Positions 1 to 9,907 of a DNA stretch of 42,601 nucleotides are shown one piece after another. A model generated the notes under the pieces. That model ran no database searches, was not told where the DNA came from, and was given only the letters and a program-made list of their open reading frames with translations. This DNA comes from Trichomonas gallinae (Eukaryota), in contig MRSU01010994.1 of the NCBI GenBank assembly GCA_008369845.1, forward strand, positions 1 to 42,601, given 5' to 3'. Numbering within the stretch: the stretch's first letter is position 1; each line of letters begins with the position of its first letter. The position numbers and the translations under genes are program-made.

Positions 1-22
1 TTGCTTTTGCAAAACATGTGTA

Positions 23-489
23 TTAGAGAGTGGCGACACCTTCAGTGGTGAGTATGTTGGCAGCAATAAAATCCTCGCGATTCATTCTGAAGAAAAGTTT
101 GCTGAAAACGCAAGTCATCGAGAAAGTGGTAAAAGAGTTTCCCCCCTTTTATAACAATTACATATTTTGTATCAGTATATCCTATGAAACTCCGGGATTC
201 ATTTGAATCAAAAGATTCATTCTTATCACTGTCGAAACTTTTGAAGATTGCTCTGGCATTCTTAAGTGAGACTTTTTCGACATAACTCCTCAAAAGTCAT
301 TGAGTCTTTTTCTCTTCTATCATGGACGTGCCATAAACGAACAATGAAGAATTCTGGATTGAGTAAATTCAACTTCATCATCATCTTGGTCGTTTCTGGG
401 AGATCAATAGCACCTGATTTGTTCTCATCGACTACTTCGAGTAGCTTTTTAAGTGCCACGACAATTGTTGGATTAGGATTGCGACTCAT
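23..489 (-). pseudogene. EF-hand (calmodulin/calcineurin-B-like) calcium-binding protein, frameshifted
   Basis: EF loops DENKSGAIDLPE and DRREKDSMTFEE lie in ORF 262..489. The sequence continues in another frame (AIFKSFDSDKNESFDSNE, ORF 42..293). A probable second shift at the C6 run near 142-147 gives ...MNREDFIAANILTTEGVATL* ending at 23. Confidence 0.65.
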
Positions 490-1200
490 TGTTGATTAAA
501 AAATAATTGAATTTCTGTAGTCAAGAAAATTCAGTAGTCAAGAATTTGATTATGATATAATAAGAATCAACATAATATGTAGGCATGATTTTTTCATTGT
601 TTTATTGAAATGAAGTCGTCATTAAAAGCTGCAGTTTCACAAAACCGTTGCATCACATTTTGCATTTTTTACTCGTTTCAGCAATTTTAAAGTTATAATA
701 TGTCATCGTGGCAGTTATGATGGTAAATAAACGGTCATTTTGGCAAGGTGTGGCGTACTTATCATAACAAAAAAAAAAAATTAGAAATTAATCATTGTAA
801 AAATATCGAGAAACTCAATTGCATCACTGACAAAAACCATCATAAACTAAAAATTATAAATATTGTACTATATGAATTCGTCGAATTTTGTCGTGTCGTT
901 TCATGATTTACACTCAAGACACCACGAGACGCCAAGAAATTCCAACACCATGATAATGTTTATTTCAAGTTCATTTTCATTGCATATCAATGATTATCAA
1001 AGATGATTGAATGGTTGCTGTTGCGCCCATATATGATGACATGTAAAGAATAAAATTTGCCATGTAAAATGAAATATTTATTTTTGGTTATTTAATATGA
1101 TTTATATGGCGAAAAGTGAAACTATCTGTGTGCTCACCTCATATCCTAAATAATAGAAGCACATGTAAAAAATAATCGTCGAACGTTATATACAGAAAAA

Positions 1201-1833
1201 ATGGCGGAGGAAGAAAAACAATTTATTCTCGATCCACATGAAGAGGAAGGCCTTAAACTGATTGATTCTATGAATGTCACAACATTAGATTCAAGCAAGG
1301 CCAACAAAACATCAACGCACAAACTCTGTTTGAACTTTTATGCATTAATCATTGGAATGCAAACGACAAAGTTCGAATTGGAAATCATGGATGACACAGA
1401 TATCTTCTACCACTATATTTTCAAACTCTCGAAAGATGAGTATCCTAAATATATGGCACAAAACGAATTAACTGTCAATGACTACCAGAGATTCGTTGAA
1501 ATCGTTCGTCAATACATCAAGGAATCACAAACTGACACAGAAAATGTCAAAATGCGCTTAAACCACGAAAAAGATGAAGAAAAAGATGTCCTAACTATTT
1601 CCATTGAAAAGAAGTTCAGATTCAGTTTTGCTGAAGTCATCAAGTTCGAGTTCTTCAAGCCAAGCAAATCGTTTACAAAGAGATGCGCCCAAGCCCGTTA
1701 TAATGCCATGCGCAAGGAACTCGTTAACGTCTCTAATAACCTCGAGAATACTCGTGAGAATGTTAAGGCAAGGAGTGTCTCACTCAGACGTATCCTTGAT
1801 GCTAAAATCGAGAAAGAAAAGACAAAGAAATAA
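1201..1833 (+). CDS. SAS-6-like protein (SAS6L-type; SAS-6 N-terminal head plus short coiled coil)
   Basis: LEIMDDTDIFYHY...LSKDEYPKYMAQNELTV..YQRF resembles the SAS-6 head/PISA region. It is followed by RYNAMRKEL...VKARSVSL, which resembles SAS6L. Only 210 aa. Confidence 0.7.
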   Translation: MAEEEKQFILDPHEEEGLKLIDSMNVTTLDSSKANKTSTHKLCLNFYALIIGMQTTKFELEIMDDTDIFYHYIFKLSKDEYPKYMAQNELTVNDYQRFVEIVRQYIKESQTDTENVKMRLNHEKDEEKDVLTISIEKKFRFSFAEVIKFEFFKPSKSFTKRCAQARYNAMRKELVNVSNNLENTRENVKARSVSLRRILDAKIEKEKTKK

Positions 1834-2558
1834 AATGTTATTTGTAACTATTCGAAATCAGCAAATTGATTACTATATGCATGCATTTTTGCGTGTTTAA
1901 TACCTGATTTTGCATAATATTGAAAATCAAGCCAAAATGCATCATACCATTTACATAGTAGTGTATATATGAATAGAAATAATATTTATTTCAAATTCCA
2001 ATATCTTTCATATTCCCAATCAAAAATGATGCTTTTCGATGATTTTACAATGTGCCTGTTATATCATGATATGGTTATTATTTGATATTTAAAACATTTG
2101 TGAACAAAATAACATATCTCAATCGAAGAATTTTCGGTAAAAAGTTATTTTTAATTTTGTATTTAACATCGACTTTATCTCGCGATGTACCGACTTTTAC
2201 TCCTGTAATGAAACATAAATTTGACCTAATATTTTCAAACAAAACCTTGATTTTTTTTTACTTCTTCAAAGAAATAATACGCAAATAAATGATATAATGC
2301 AACAACTTTTATTCCAAATTTTTGTGTTTTAATTTGAAAAATACTAAAATTGATATTTAACTAAAAATAACCCATAATTATTAATATATAAAACTAGATA
2401 TGACTAAATCCAAAATATTGGCTGCTGAATTCGACTATTTTTTTATTTTGATATTTTTCTTTACATTGGCCTTTTTTCTTGATGAATTTCGCTATTTTAG
2501 ACGATAAACATAATATTTCGCCAATAAAACTAGAAACGAACGATTACTTTTAAAAAAA

Positions 2559-3437
2559 ATGAGTGCATTCAGAGAACTTGGTTCTGTTGAAGATACGGCC
2601 ATGGATGCCGCGAATGCGAAGCTCAGTGCCGTGCAGCGTGGCTACTATAAGGACAGATTCATCGGAGCATTCGTTCCTCACGAGCAAAAACAATTACCTC
2701 CAATGAACTTAGGATATTACGTTAGAACTCAAGCTATTTATGTTGCCGTCAAGAAATTCTACGAACTTCACGGAAAAGATATGCAAGTTGTCGTTTTGGG
2801 ATGCGGATATGATACATTATTCTGGAGGCTTCGCGATGAGAAGATTGTAGTCAAGAATTGGTTCGATTTGGACATGCCGCATATCATCAAGAAGAAATCA
2901 TCTGTTATTAACACTGAAGGATTCCAGCCTCTTGATAATTATCATCTTTTCTATGCTGATTTGTCAAAGCCGGACATGGTTAAGTCAGAATTGGCAGCCC
3001 ATGGCTTCGAAGACATCCCAACAATCTTCATTGATGAATGCACGCTGATTTACGTCGAACCAACAGCTGTTGACGAGATTCTCAAGTGGGCATCTGCTCT
3101 TAAGTCCAACGCATTCATAAGCTACGGAATGGTTAAGCCAGATGACGCTTTCGGAAGGATGATGGTCAAAAATTTCGATTCTTTCGGCGCTCCATTGAAG
3201 GGAATCAGAATGTACCCAACAGTACAGTCACACAAGGATAGGTGCACAAATGCAGGCTTCAAATTCGCTAAAGCCATTGATTTGAATCAAACAATGAGAA
3301 TTGTCATTCCAAGAGACAATTACATGAAGATAATGCGCTTGGAGATGCAGGATGACCCTGATGAGCTCTCTTTCATGCTTCAACACTATGTTTTGGCTGT
3401 TGCTGGATCAGAAAACGAGTTTGTTTCAATCATTTGA
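2559..3437 (+). CDS. LCMT1: Leucine carboxyl methyltransferase (PP2A C-terminal methyltransferase)
   Basis: AKLSAVQRGYYKD, PPMNLGYYVR, QVVVLGCGYDTLFWRL, PTIFIDECTLIY, DAFGRMMVKNF and LEMQDDPDEL..MLQHY match the LCMT1/PPM1 motifs. Confidence 0.93.
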   Translation: MSAFRELGSVEDTAMDAANAKLSAVQRGYYKDRFIGAFVPHEQKQLPPMNLGYYVRTQAIYVAVKKFYELHGKDMQVVVLGCGYDTLFWRLRDEKIVVKNWFDLDMPHIIKKKSSVINTEGFQPLDNYHLFYADLSKPDMVKSELAAHGFEDIPTIFIDECTLIYVEPTAVDEILKWASALKSNAFISYGMVKPDDAFGRMMVKNFDSFGAPLKGIRMYPTVQSHKDRCTNAGFKFAKAIDLNQTMRIVIPRDNYMKIMRLEMQDDPDELSFMLQHYVLAVAGSENEFVSII

Positions 3438-4001
3438 TTTTGTATATTATCGAAACGCAAGGGTAAATATGAATTTAACACCTTTTTACTTATTCTATTT
3501 TAATTAAATTGAAAAAAACTATATCTTGCGATAATGTTATGAAAAAGAAGCTTTAAAATCTTATATAAGAGCTCAAGCTCAATAAATAAGTAAATATCGA
3601 AGAATTGAAGAAATTTTCGAAAAATATCAAAAATTTAGTTGTTTTCTTTCGAGAAAATAACTAAATTATTTGATAGTCATACTTTTTGCCTATAAAATTA
3701 TATTTAACCCAATGAATTTTGGGAGAAAAATTGAAAAATATATATTCATCATTAAGTATTTATATTTGAACCATCATTCGTTTTCCATATGATGATATAC
3801 ATTATACACAAACAAATGGCGTTCAAATGATATCAAACTAAAATTATATAATGAAAAAAACATTAGTTTGAACCTGTTTCTGTTCCATTTTAGACAGATA
3901 TAATGTGTTACATTAAAGACTGCATCACCAGATTAAAGCCATGTTTTTATAATAAAATAACACAGTATTTTTACAAATAATAAAATAAACAAATAACAAA
4001 A

Positions 4002-6362
4002 TTATATTTCATGATATGATTCATGGATCCTAGCTGCAAGATCTGGATTAAATTCTTGTATATATTCAATCATTTTTGTGCTGATGAACTGGCCAGATTG
4101 ATCAATAGAATTTGGAAGAGATTTCGTGAACTTATCATATGAAAAAGCGCACTTTTGGTACCATATGCAAGCAATTATTAGCGCATCTGTCTTCATTGTT
4201 TCTGCAATTCTAACAAAGACTTTGTCGCCTAGATTGTATTTCTCAGAGAAATACTTGAGCGACTGTAATGCTTCTATAACAGTGTACATGAGTGTGCCAG
4301 TCTTATATTGCTTGGAGTCGTCGCATATTTTGACGACTTTTGTTATATAGTTTTCCACTTCGTCAGGAAGTTTCTCCAAATTAAATGTGTCTTTGAGCGA
4401 CTTCTTTTCTACAGCAGCTACATATTCTTTGTAGAGGCTCGTAGTCGACTGCAGGCTGTTGATCGCGAAATCGGTGCTTTTGATTATAGCCCACAGCATC
4501 ATTTCGCTCGGATTCGCGTATCTGCTTCCTACTTCGTTGACAATCGATTTCTGCTTGTGCATAGTGTTGAGCCTGTCGTCGCCTGAGTTCCTCCTCTGCT
4601 TCTTCGGCTGCGGTTTCACTTCTGCCAGTTCTTCTTCGATATCGAGACAAAAAGTTGAAGCTCTTCCTGATAATCCGCCAGCGAATGGATCTTTAATGTG
4701 TTTGGATGGAGCATGGAACTCTTCTTTCATGACTTTGTCGTCTGGATTGGCGAATGCGGCTGTTGTTAAGATGTTTTGCTGATTTGTAATTTCTGCTTCG
4801 AGACTATTGAAAGATATTGACATGCGCTTGAAGAATCCTGATGACATACGTCCAGTATTCATCAATCTTGATCCAATTGGAGCAAGTGGACGAGAATTTT
4901 CATTTGTTGGTTTTTTAGGCTTTTCAAATAAGAATTGTGATGCATAATGGAGAACTGAGTTAAGCTGTGTAATGGACTCTTGGTGAGATTGGACGCGTAA
5001 CTTCGAAATTAATGCATGAACAAAATAATGTTCGAATTCTTCGTTATTTGTGATACTCTCATTGACAATTGTTTTAAGGAAAGCTTCCTTATCGTCACTC
5101 TTCATAGGAATGTATTTCAAACCTATTTTTTGGTTCTGAATAATATCAAAAACGTCTTGGAATTCGGTATCTCTCTGATTTTTAAGCATTTTCCAAAGCC
5201 TTGACTGTTGTGGAGTGAGTTCGAACTCGTATTTGTCTCTGTTCTCGAATGCTAAAGGATATTTTAATTCAATACCAGGATGAACGAAAGATGTTGTCTG
5301 AATTTCGCAAAAATCGAGAATAAGGGAGTCCTTGTACTGCGTATTGAGAGTCCAAAGTGGATTTATATTCTCTAATCCGAAAGTTGTTTTTTGTTGCTTG
5401 ATAATATCATCAGTGAGATAAAAATCTTTGCAAGTCATGACTAAATGTGCCTTATTTTCCGCGTTAACGTAAGCCACTGGCCACAATTTCTCGTAAAAAC
5501 AAGCGTCGTCTGCAAAAATATCAAAAATTGCACGAGTTTGTGGATATTCTGAGTGGTTTGCCAGAAAGTCTAAGAATTCGTTCATTGCATCGATGGTAGA
5601 TTCGTCACTTCTTCCTGCTGTATTTTCATTATATAATTGTTTGAGAAATTCGCCAATAAAATACTTTGCGAAAGCTCCTTTGTTCGTTTCTATGACGAGA
5701 CGTGCGATTTCTATGTGTGTTAAAGGCAATTTTGATGTTGATATTTGCAAAGATTTTCTAAAGCACATAAACATGTTTGAATGCTGTGCTCTGTTTCCAA
5801 ATTTAAAGATTTCTTGATGATAAACGTTCCAAAACGTGTTGCAAAAAGTTGGAATTGCTAAATAAAAGGAAACTAGAAAAGGTCCATAAAATTCGGGATT
5901 AGATATCATTATAAGGCGTTCCATGAACAACTTTCCCTTTTCTGCAAACTCCGTTGACTCAAATTGGAGGAAAAGATTTGGAAAAGTGACTGCAGCGAAG
6001 TATTTGAAGTCTTTCTTGTTAATTGCGAAATACTCGTTAACCATTTGAGCGAATGTATCAGCTTGATCAATCAGTTTCGATAACCAGCTTAATAAAATTT
6101 GATAATAATTTTTTCCTTTCGCAATATTTGAGTTGCATCTATCTGCAGGTGTTTTTATGGAGCAAAATAAATCTTGATATGTTGTTTTTTCTGGAATATC
6201 ATCCCAATTTTGTGAATAATATCTCAAAAGTGCAACAATGCAGTTAATTCTGTGTGTTTCTTTACGACTATCGTTTCCTGATAACAATATTTTGTTTTTC
6301 AATGCCGACGAAAACCAATTATTATATGCAGAATCCGCTTTTGCTCGTTCAAATAGCGTCAT
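4002..6362 (-). CDS. Hypothetical 786-aa helical protein (possibly a degenerate RasGAP-like N-terminus with a VPS9-like C-terminus)
   Basis: Long intact ORF. The YFAAVTFPNLF..F...EF...G block recalls an expanded parabasalid hypothetical family. It has a low-complexity S/R-rich linker and a helical C-terminus. The domain call is tentative. Confidence 0.75.
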   Translation of the reverse strand: MTLFERAKADSAYNNWFSSALKNKILLSGNDSRKETHRINCIVALLRYYSQNWDDIPEKTTYQDLFCSIKTPADRCNSNIAKGKNYYQILLSWLSKLIDQADTFAQMVNEYFAINKKDFKYFAAVTFPNLFLQFESTEFAEKGKLFMERLIMISNPEFYGPFLVSFYLAIPTFCNTFWNVYHQEIFKFGNRAQHSNMFMCFRKSLQISTSKLPLTHIEIARLVIETNKGAFAKYFIGEFLKQLYNENTAGRSDESTIDAMNEFLDFLANHSEYPQTRAIFDIFADDACFYEKLWPVAYVNAENKAHLVMTCKDFYLTDDIIKQQKTTFGLENINPLWTLNTQYKDSLILDFCEIQTTSFVHPGIELKYPLAFENRDKYEFELTPQQSRLWKMLKNQRDTEFQDVFDIIQNQKIGLKYIPMKSDDKEAFLKTIVNESITNNEEFEHYFVHALISKLRVQSHQESITQLNSVLHYASQFLFEKPKKPTNENSRPLAPIGSRLMNTGRMSSGFFKRMSISFNSLEAEITNQQNILTTAAFANPDDKVMKEEFHAPSKHIKDPFAGGLSGRASTFCLDIEEELAEVKPQPKKQRRNSGDDRLNTMHKQKSIVNEVGSRYANPSEMMLWAIIKSTDFAINSLQSTTSLYKEYVAAVEKKSLKDTFNLEKLPDEVENYITKVVKICDDSKQYKTGTLMYTVIEALQSLKYFSEKYNLGDKVFVRIAETMKTDALIIACIWYQKCAFSYDKFTKSLPNSIDQSGQFISTKMIEYIQEFNPDLAARIHESYHEI

Positions 6363-6415
6363 CTAAAATTATGTCATGTATTTTAATTTTACATGTCATA
6401 ACTTTTTAAAATCCG

Positions 6416-6530
6416 AAATTATTTGTCAAAAATCAAAATTATTTGTCAAAAAATAATTTGACATGTAAAATTTATTTTCGAAAAGTTTTGTCATGTAAAA
6501 TAAATTTTCAGAATTATTTGTCATGTAAAT
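6416..6530. promoter_or_regulatory. Phased TTG(A/T)CATGTAAA array in a divergent promoter
   Basis: TTGACATGTAAAA at 6458, TTGTCATGTAAAA at 6488 and TTGTCATGTAAAT at 6518 (exact 30-bp period). Two AAATTATTTGTCAAAAA copies precede them at 6416 and 6436. Confidence 0.6.
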
Positions 6531-6800
6531 AGTTCTTTTATTATCTCAGTAACATATTAGTATAATAGCTTTAGGAATTAAATACTACATAGAATATCTG
6601 AGAGAGAACAATACATGATATTAATCAAATAACATCTATACATAAGACCATTAGGTTAATTTATGTAACTCAAAAGTCTATATTGTTTCTTTATAATTTC
6701 ATTATCTTATCAGAATGTTGAGATATGGATCATTAAATTATAATTTGAATGTCAAACAGCGATATTTTTGTCATGTAAAATTGATTTGTCAAAAATAAAT

Positions 6801-8060
6801 ATGAAAGATCTGAAAGAACTGCAAGATTTAAATATTGAAACAAACGAAGAATGTTTTGGACTCTTAAGGCACACAGAAATCATATCTGATGCTGATCTTT
6901 ACAGAACACTCGCAATATATATATTAACTTTAATTGTTATTTTATCAACAATGTTTCTTGGCCCAACATGCTTCAAAACTATCGAAAAAGACTTCAATGC
7001 AACAGAAAAATCGCGAAATATTGCGTTTGATGTCAATATAGAAGGATTAGATCCAAATAACAAATTTTTAAAATTCCAGATAAGTTTTCCAAGCGAAAAC
7101 ATACTCGAAAACTCTGAAGTACGCTTTAAACTTGCATTAAATTCGCATCAATATCAAAAGAGCGTCCTCGTTCATGATATTCATTCAAATTTTCAAAATA
7201 AAACGCTAAAATTCATTCGTGGATCAAAGTATTCGGAAGCATTACGTGTTTATTCGATTGATAACATGGATTTCACATCAGCAAACTCAACAATTATTAT
7301 TAGTTTCGAAGAACGAGCGTATCCAGTCCATTTTGTTGCAACAACGATGAGTGCGTCATATACACAACTATGTGATTTCATTCATGGCGTTGGATTCATT
7401 ATTGGTGCAATAATTTTAATTCGCTTGATTTCTTTTCGCTACAGCTTCTATATCAATGCAATTTACTTCATTCATATACTTCTATTATCGATTGTTTTAC
7501 TCATTTGCGCAATTCCTCGTCCATTGCTTCAATCTTTTATTAATAAATATCTCGTCACGATAGTTGACATATTTACGACCGAGTTTCTGTTCGTATTCAC
7601 ATGCTTTGTTGGTTTTATACACCTTGATGCAGGAAAACTCGTTAATCAGCAAATTAATTTCACTTGGGCATTTTTGAGATCATTATTCTTCATTGCTTTC
7701 TTCATGCTTATGTTCATTTTTTCATACAAATGCTCCATCAAGAACGTCACTGATGAAATTATTTCTCCTGATGTGACAACAACTGGATTCTCGATTGCTA
7801 AATATGTACTGATTGCTCTTTATATTCCATTCCTCTATTTGATCAATTATATGGCAGATTCGTATAATAAAGTTGATCAATTCGTCCACTTCATGATGCC
7901 AAATGCTCTTGTTGTATTCACAGCAATCACAGAGTTCCTAACACCGAGAATTGTCAACATAGATACTAATTTTTCCTTCCAGATCTACAGTTTTGCTGCT
8001 GCTATATCATTTATTTTGTTTTATTCCTTCTTGAACTGGCCCATAATGGAAAAGCCGTAA
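6801..8060 (+). CDS. TMEM181/Wntless-like multi-pass membrane protein
   Basis: An N-terminal TM ends in FLGP, followed by a luminal beta-rich domain with N-x-S/T sites and ~7 TM helices ending FYSFLNWP. ATG at 6801 is preferred over the TTG at 6768. Confidence 0.65.
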   Translation: MKDLKELQDLNIETNEECFGLLRHTEIISDADLYRTLAIYILTLIVILSTMFLGPTCFKTIEKDFNATEKSRNIAFDVNIEGLDPNNKFLKFQISFPSENILENSEVRFKLALNSHQYQKSVLVHDIHSNFQNKTLKFIRGSKYSEALRVYSIDNMDFTSANSTIIISFEERAYPVHFVATTMSASYTQLCDFIHGVGFIIGAIILIRLISFRYSFYINAIYFIHILLLSIVLLICAIPRPLLQSFINKYLVTIVDIFTTEFLFVFTCFVGFIHLDAGKLVNQQINFTWAFLRSLFFIAFFMLMFIFSYKCSIKNVTDEIISPDVTTTGFSIAKYVLIALYIPFLYLINYMADSYNKVDQFVHFMMPNALVVFTAITEFLTPRIVNIDTNFSFQIYSFAAAISFILFYSFLNWPIMEKP

Positions 8061-8633
8061 TATCTTGTATTTTGTTTGTTTGTAATAAATTTGTTTAGAT
8101 ATTATCTAAATTTTTGAAAAATATCGAAATCAACACTTTGATTTCATGTACCATATAGTAGTAGTGGACTATATACGTTTGGCAATTTTATGTTTTTTAT
8201 ACGTTAAATATCAAATTATCAAAATTGAAAATTATGTTTTAGAGTCTAAATATTGTTAAAATTTGAATATAAAGAATGAAAAAAGTTATATGATTTAAAT
8301 GCAATGTGCGCAATCAATATTTTGCAAATGCAATAAAAATATATTTCGTTTTCAACTCTGATAACCATGTGCATTGTTCATATGTGTTTCTAAATAAAGC
8401 AAATAAGTAAAAATTTATCTGTTTTCATCGTACAATATTTTTTGAATAAAATTAATATAGAATTTTATTAGGATTCCGGTTCAAAATACACATTTATAAG
8501 GTATAAACAGCATTGTTATATGGCTGCTCACTTGATATCAAGCAAAATAAAATATAAAAACATTGAAAATGTGCAATAAACAGGATTTTATCTAAATAGT
8601 AATTTTATAAACTTGTAATGGATATCCCTGGGA

Positions 8634-9374
8634 TTATCTCTTGAAAACAACTTTGATTAAAACAACAGCAACTACAGCAATAAGAATTAAACCACCAACA
8701 ACACCACCAATAATAATATACAAACACTTGGAAGCTGCCTTCTGGTGTTCGTTGGCTTCGGCCAAATCGGAGTTACCAGCAACCATTTCTTGTCTTGCAT
8801 CTTCTATTGTATTTTCGATTCTGCCGATCTGCTCGTGTTGTTCATCAAGCTTGTCGTTAAGTTGGTTCGTCAAATCGACAAGTGTTGTCATACCTTCGAC
8901 AATTTCGCCTGCGGCTTGTTGTAAAGCGTTAGCCTCACGCTCCTGGTTCTCAGCTTCAAGTTGGGCAAGAGATTTCGCGCGCTTTTCGGCTTCTTCGGCC
9001 TTCCTCTTTTCTTCTTCTTCTTCAAGCAATCTGTGTGGTTCAACCAATCTTTTCGCGACTTCTTCGCACTTTTCCATCTGTTTTCTGCAGTTTGTAAGAC
9101 ATGTTGAAACTTTTCCTTCTAATGGATGCTGTGCTTCTTTTGATCTTAAATCGTTTAATTTTTCCATATAGTCTTTGAGTTTCTTTTTCGCATCTTCCAT
9201 TGTTTTGTTAAATCTCGCATAAAGTTTTAGATCAGGAGTTTTTTCCAAATCATTGGCTGTTGTAAAAGTACGGCCAACTTGCTTGAAAAGTTGAGCAGCC
9301 ATTTGATCGAGGGCCTCGAATGTCAGCTCTTGATTGCCAGCACCGCCATTTGCTTTAAAATTACGAATAGACAT
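8634..9374 (-). CDS. Syntaxin (Qa-SNARE; endosomal Syx7/12/Pep12-like)
   Basis: Habc-like helices, a SNARE motif with zero-layer Q (LDEQHEQIGRIENTIEDA...GNSDLAEANEHQK) and a C-terminal TM anchor. Confidence 0.88.
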   Translation of the reverse strand: MSIRNFKANGGAGNQELTFEALDQMAAQLFKQVGRTFTTANDLEKTPDLKLYARFNKTMEDAKKKLKDYMEKLNDLRSKEAQHPLEGKVSTCLTNCRKQMEKCEEVAKRLVEPHRLLEEEEEKRKAEEAEKRAKSLAQLEAENQEREANALQQAAGEIVEGMTTLVDLTNQLNDKLDEQHEQIGRIENTIEDARQEMVAGNSDLAEANEHQKAASKCLYIIIGGVVGGLILIAVVAVVLIKVVFKR

Positions 9375-9494
9375 TCAAGTTTTTTTATTTCTATCGTTTT
9401 TATCTAAATAAAAAAATCCTTGTTTTTCATATAACAGAGTAGATCGAAAAAGCAACAAGTTTACTTTTTCAAGGATGGACCACTTTTTGGGAAA

Positions 9495-9600
9495 TTTTGT
9501 CATGTAAAGTACTGAAAAGGTTTTATTTGGCAATGTAAAGCGGCAAAAGGCCATATTTGATAATGTAAAGTTCGATACGAACCTACATTTGACATTTGGC
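9495..9600. promoter_or_regulatory. Degenerate ~30-bp tandem array of TTTGN(C/T)A(A)TGTAAAG upstream of syntaxin
   Basis: TGTAAAG at 9503, 9534 and 9564, each preceded by TTTG. The first two are followed by AAAAGG. Confidence 0.55.
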
Positions 9601-9671
9601 ACTTTACAACGTCCGATTTTACCAAAAAGTGGTCTTTTCTGAATAATTAGCAACAGAATTACAAATGTACC

Positions 9672-9907
9672 GATACCTGGCCTTCCTGATGGAATCCTTC
9701 GGAATTACACTTTGACCTACTATGTAAGTTCAGTTCTAACCAGCTGCTGACTCCCAAAATCTGACATTTGTCAAAAATTCACCAGGTTACTGTTCGACGC
9801 CTATCAGTATAGGTGATTAGAACTGAACTAACCTAGTAGGTAAATATGATAGTATACTGTATCTATAGCCTTTATTGGGAAGGATTCCGCTGGGAAGACC
9901 AGGTGTC
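9672..9907. repeat. Long imperfect inverted repeat (foldback), non-coding
   Basis: Arm 9672-9700 matches the reverse complement of 9879-9907 at 23/29. Arm 9715-9745 matches the reverse complement of 9811-9841 at 27/31. The central loop is 65 nt. Weaker symmetry extends to ~9640-9941. Confidence 0.9.

Noticed and set aside
8641..9171. Antisense and shadow ORFs within real genes (also 4126-4782, 12112-12573, 20495-21393, 39051-39563)
   Set aside because: Ser/Phe-rich mirror translations of Glu/Lys-rich coding strands.
6416..9600. CRISPR-like interpretation of the ~30-bp-period arrays
   Set aside because: Eukaryotic context, only three degenerate short units with ~16-bp spacers, and no cas genes.
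9375..9653. 92-aa minus-strand ORF abutting syntaxin
   Set aside because: Non-ATG start; it is a translation of the promoter repeat array (repeated CRFT/V.L).
9724..9743. Intron-like GTAAGT...TTCTAACCAG within the foldback
   Set aside because: Only 20 nt, with non-consensus branch-to-AG spacing and no flanking exons. It is explained as part of the inverted-repeat arm.
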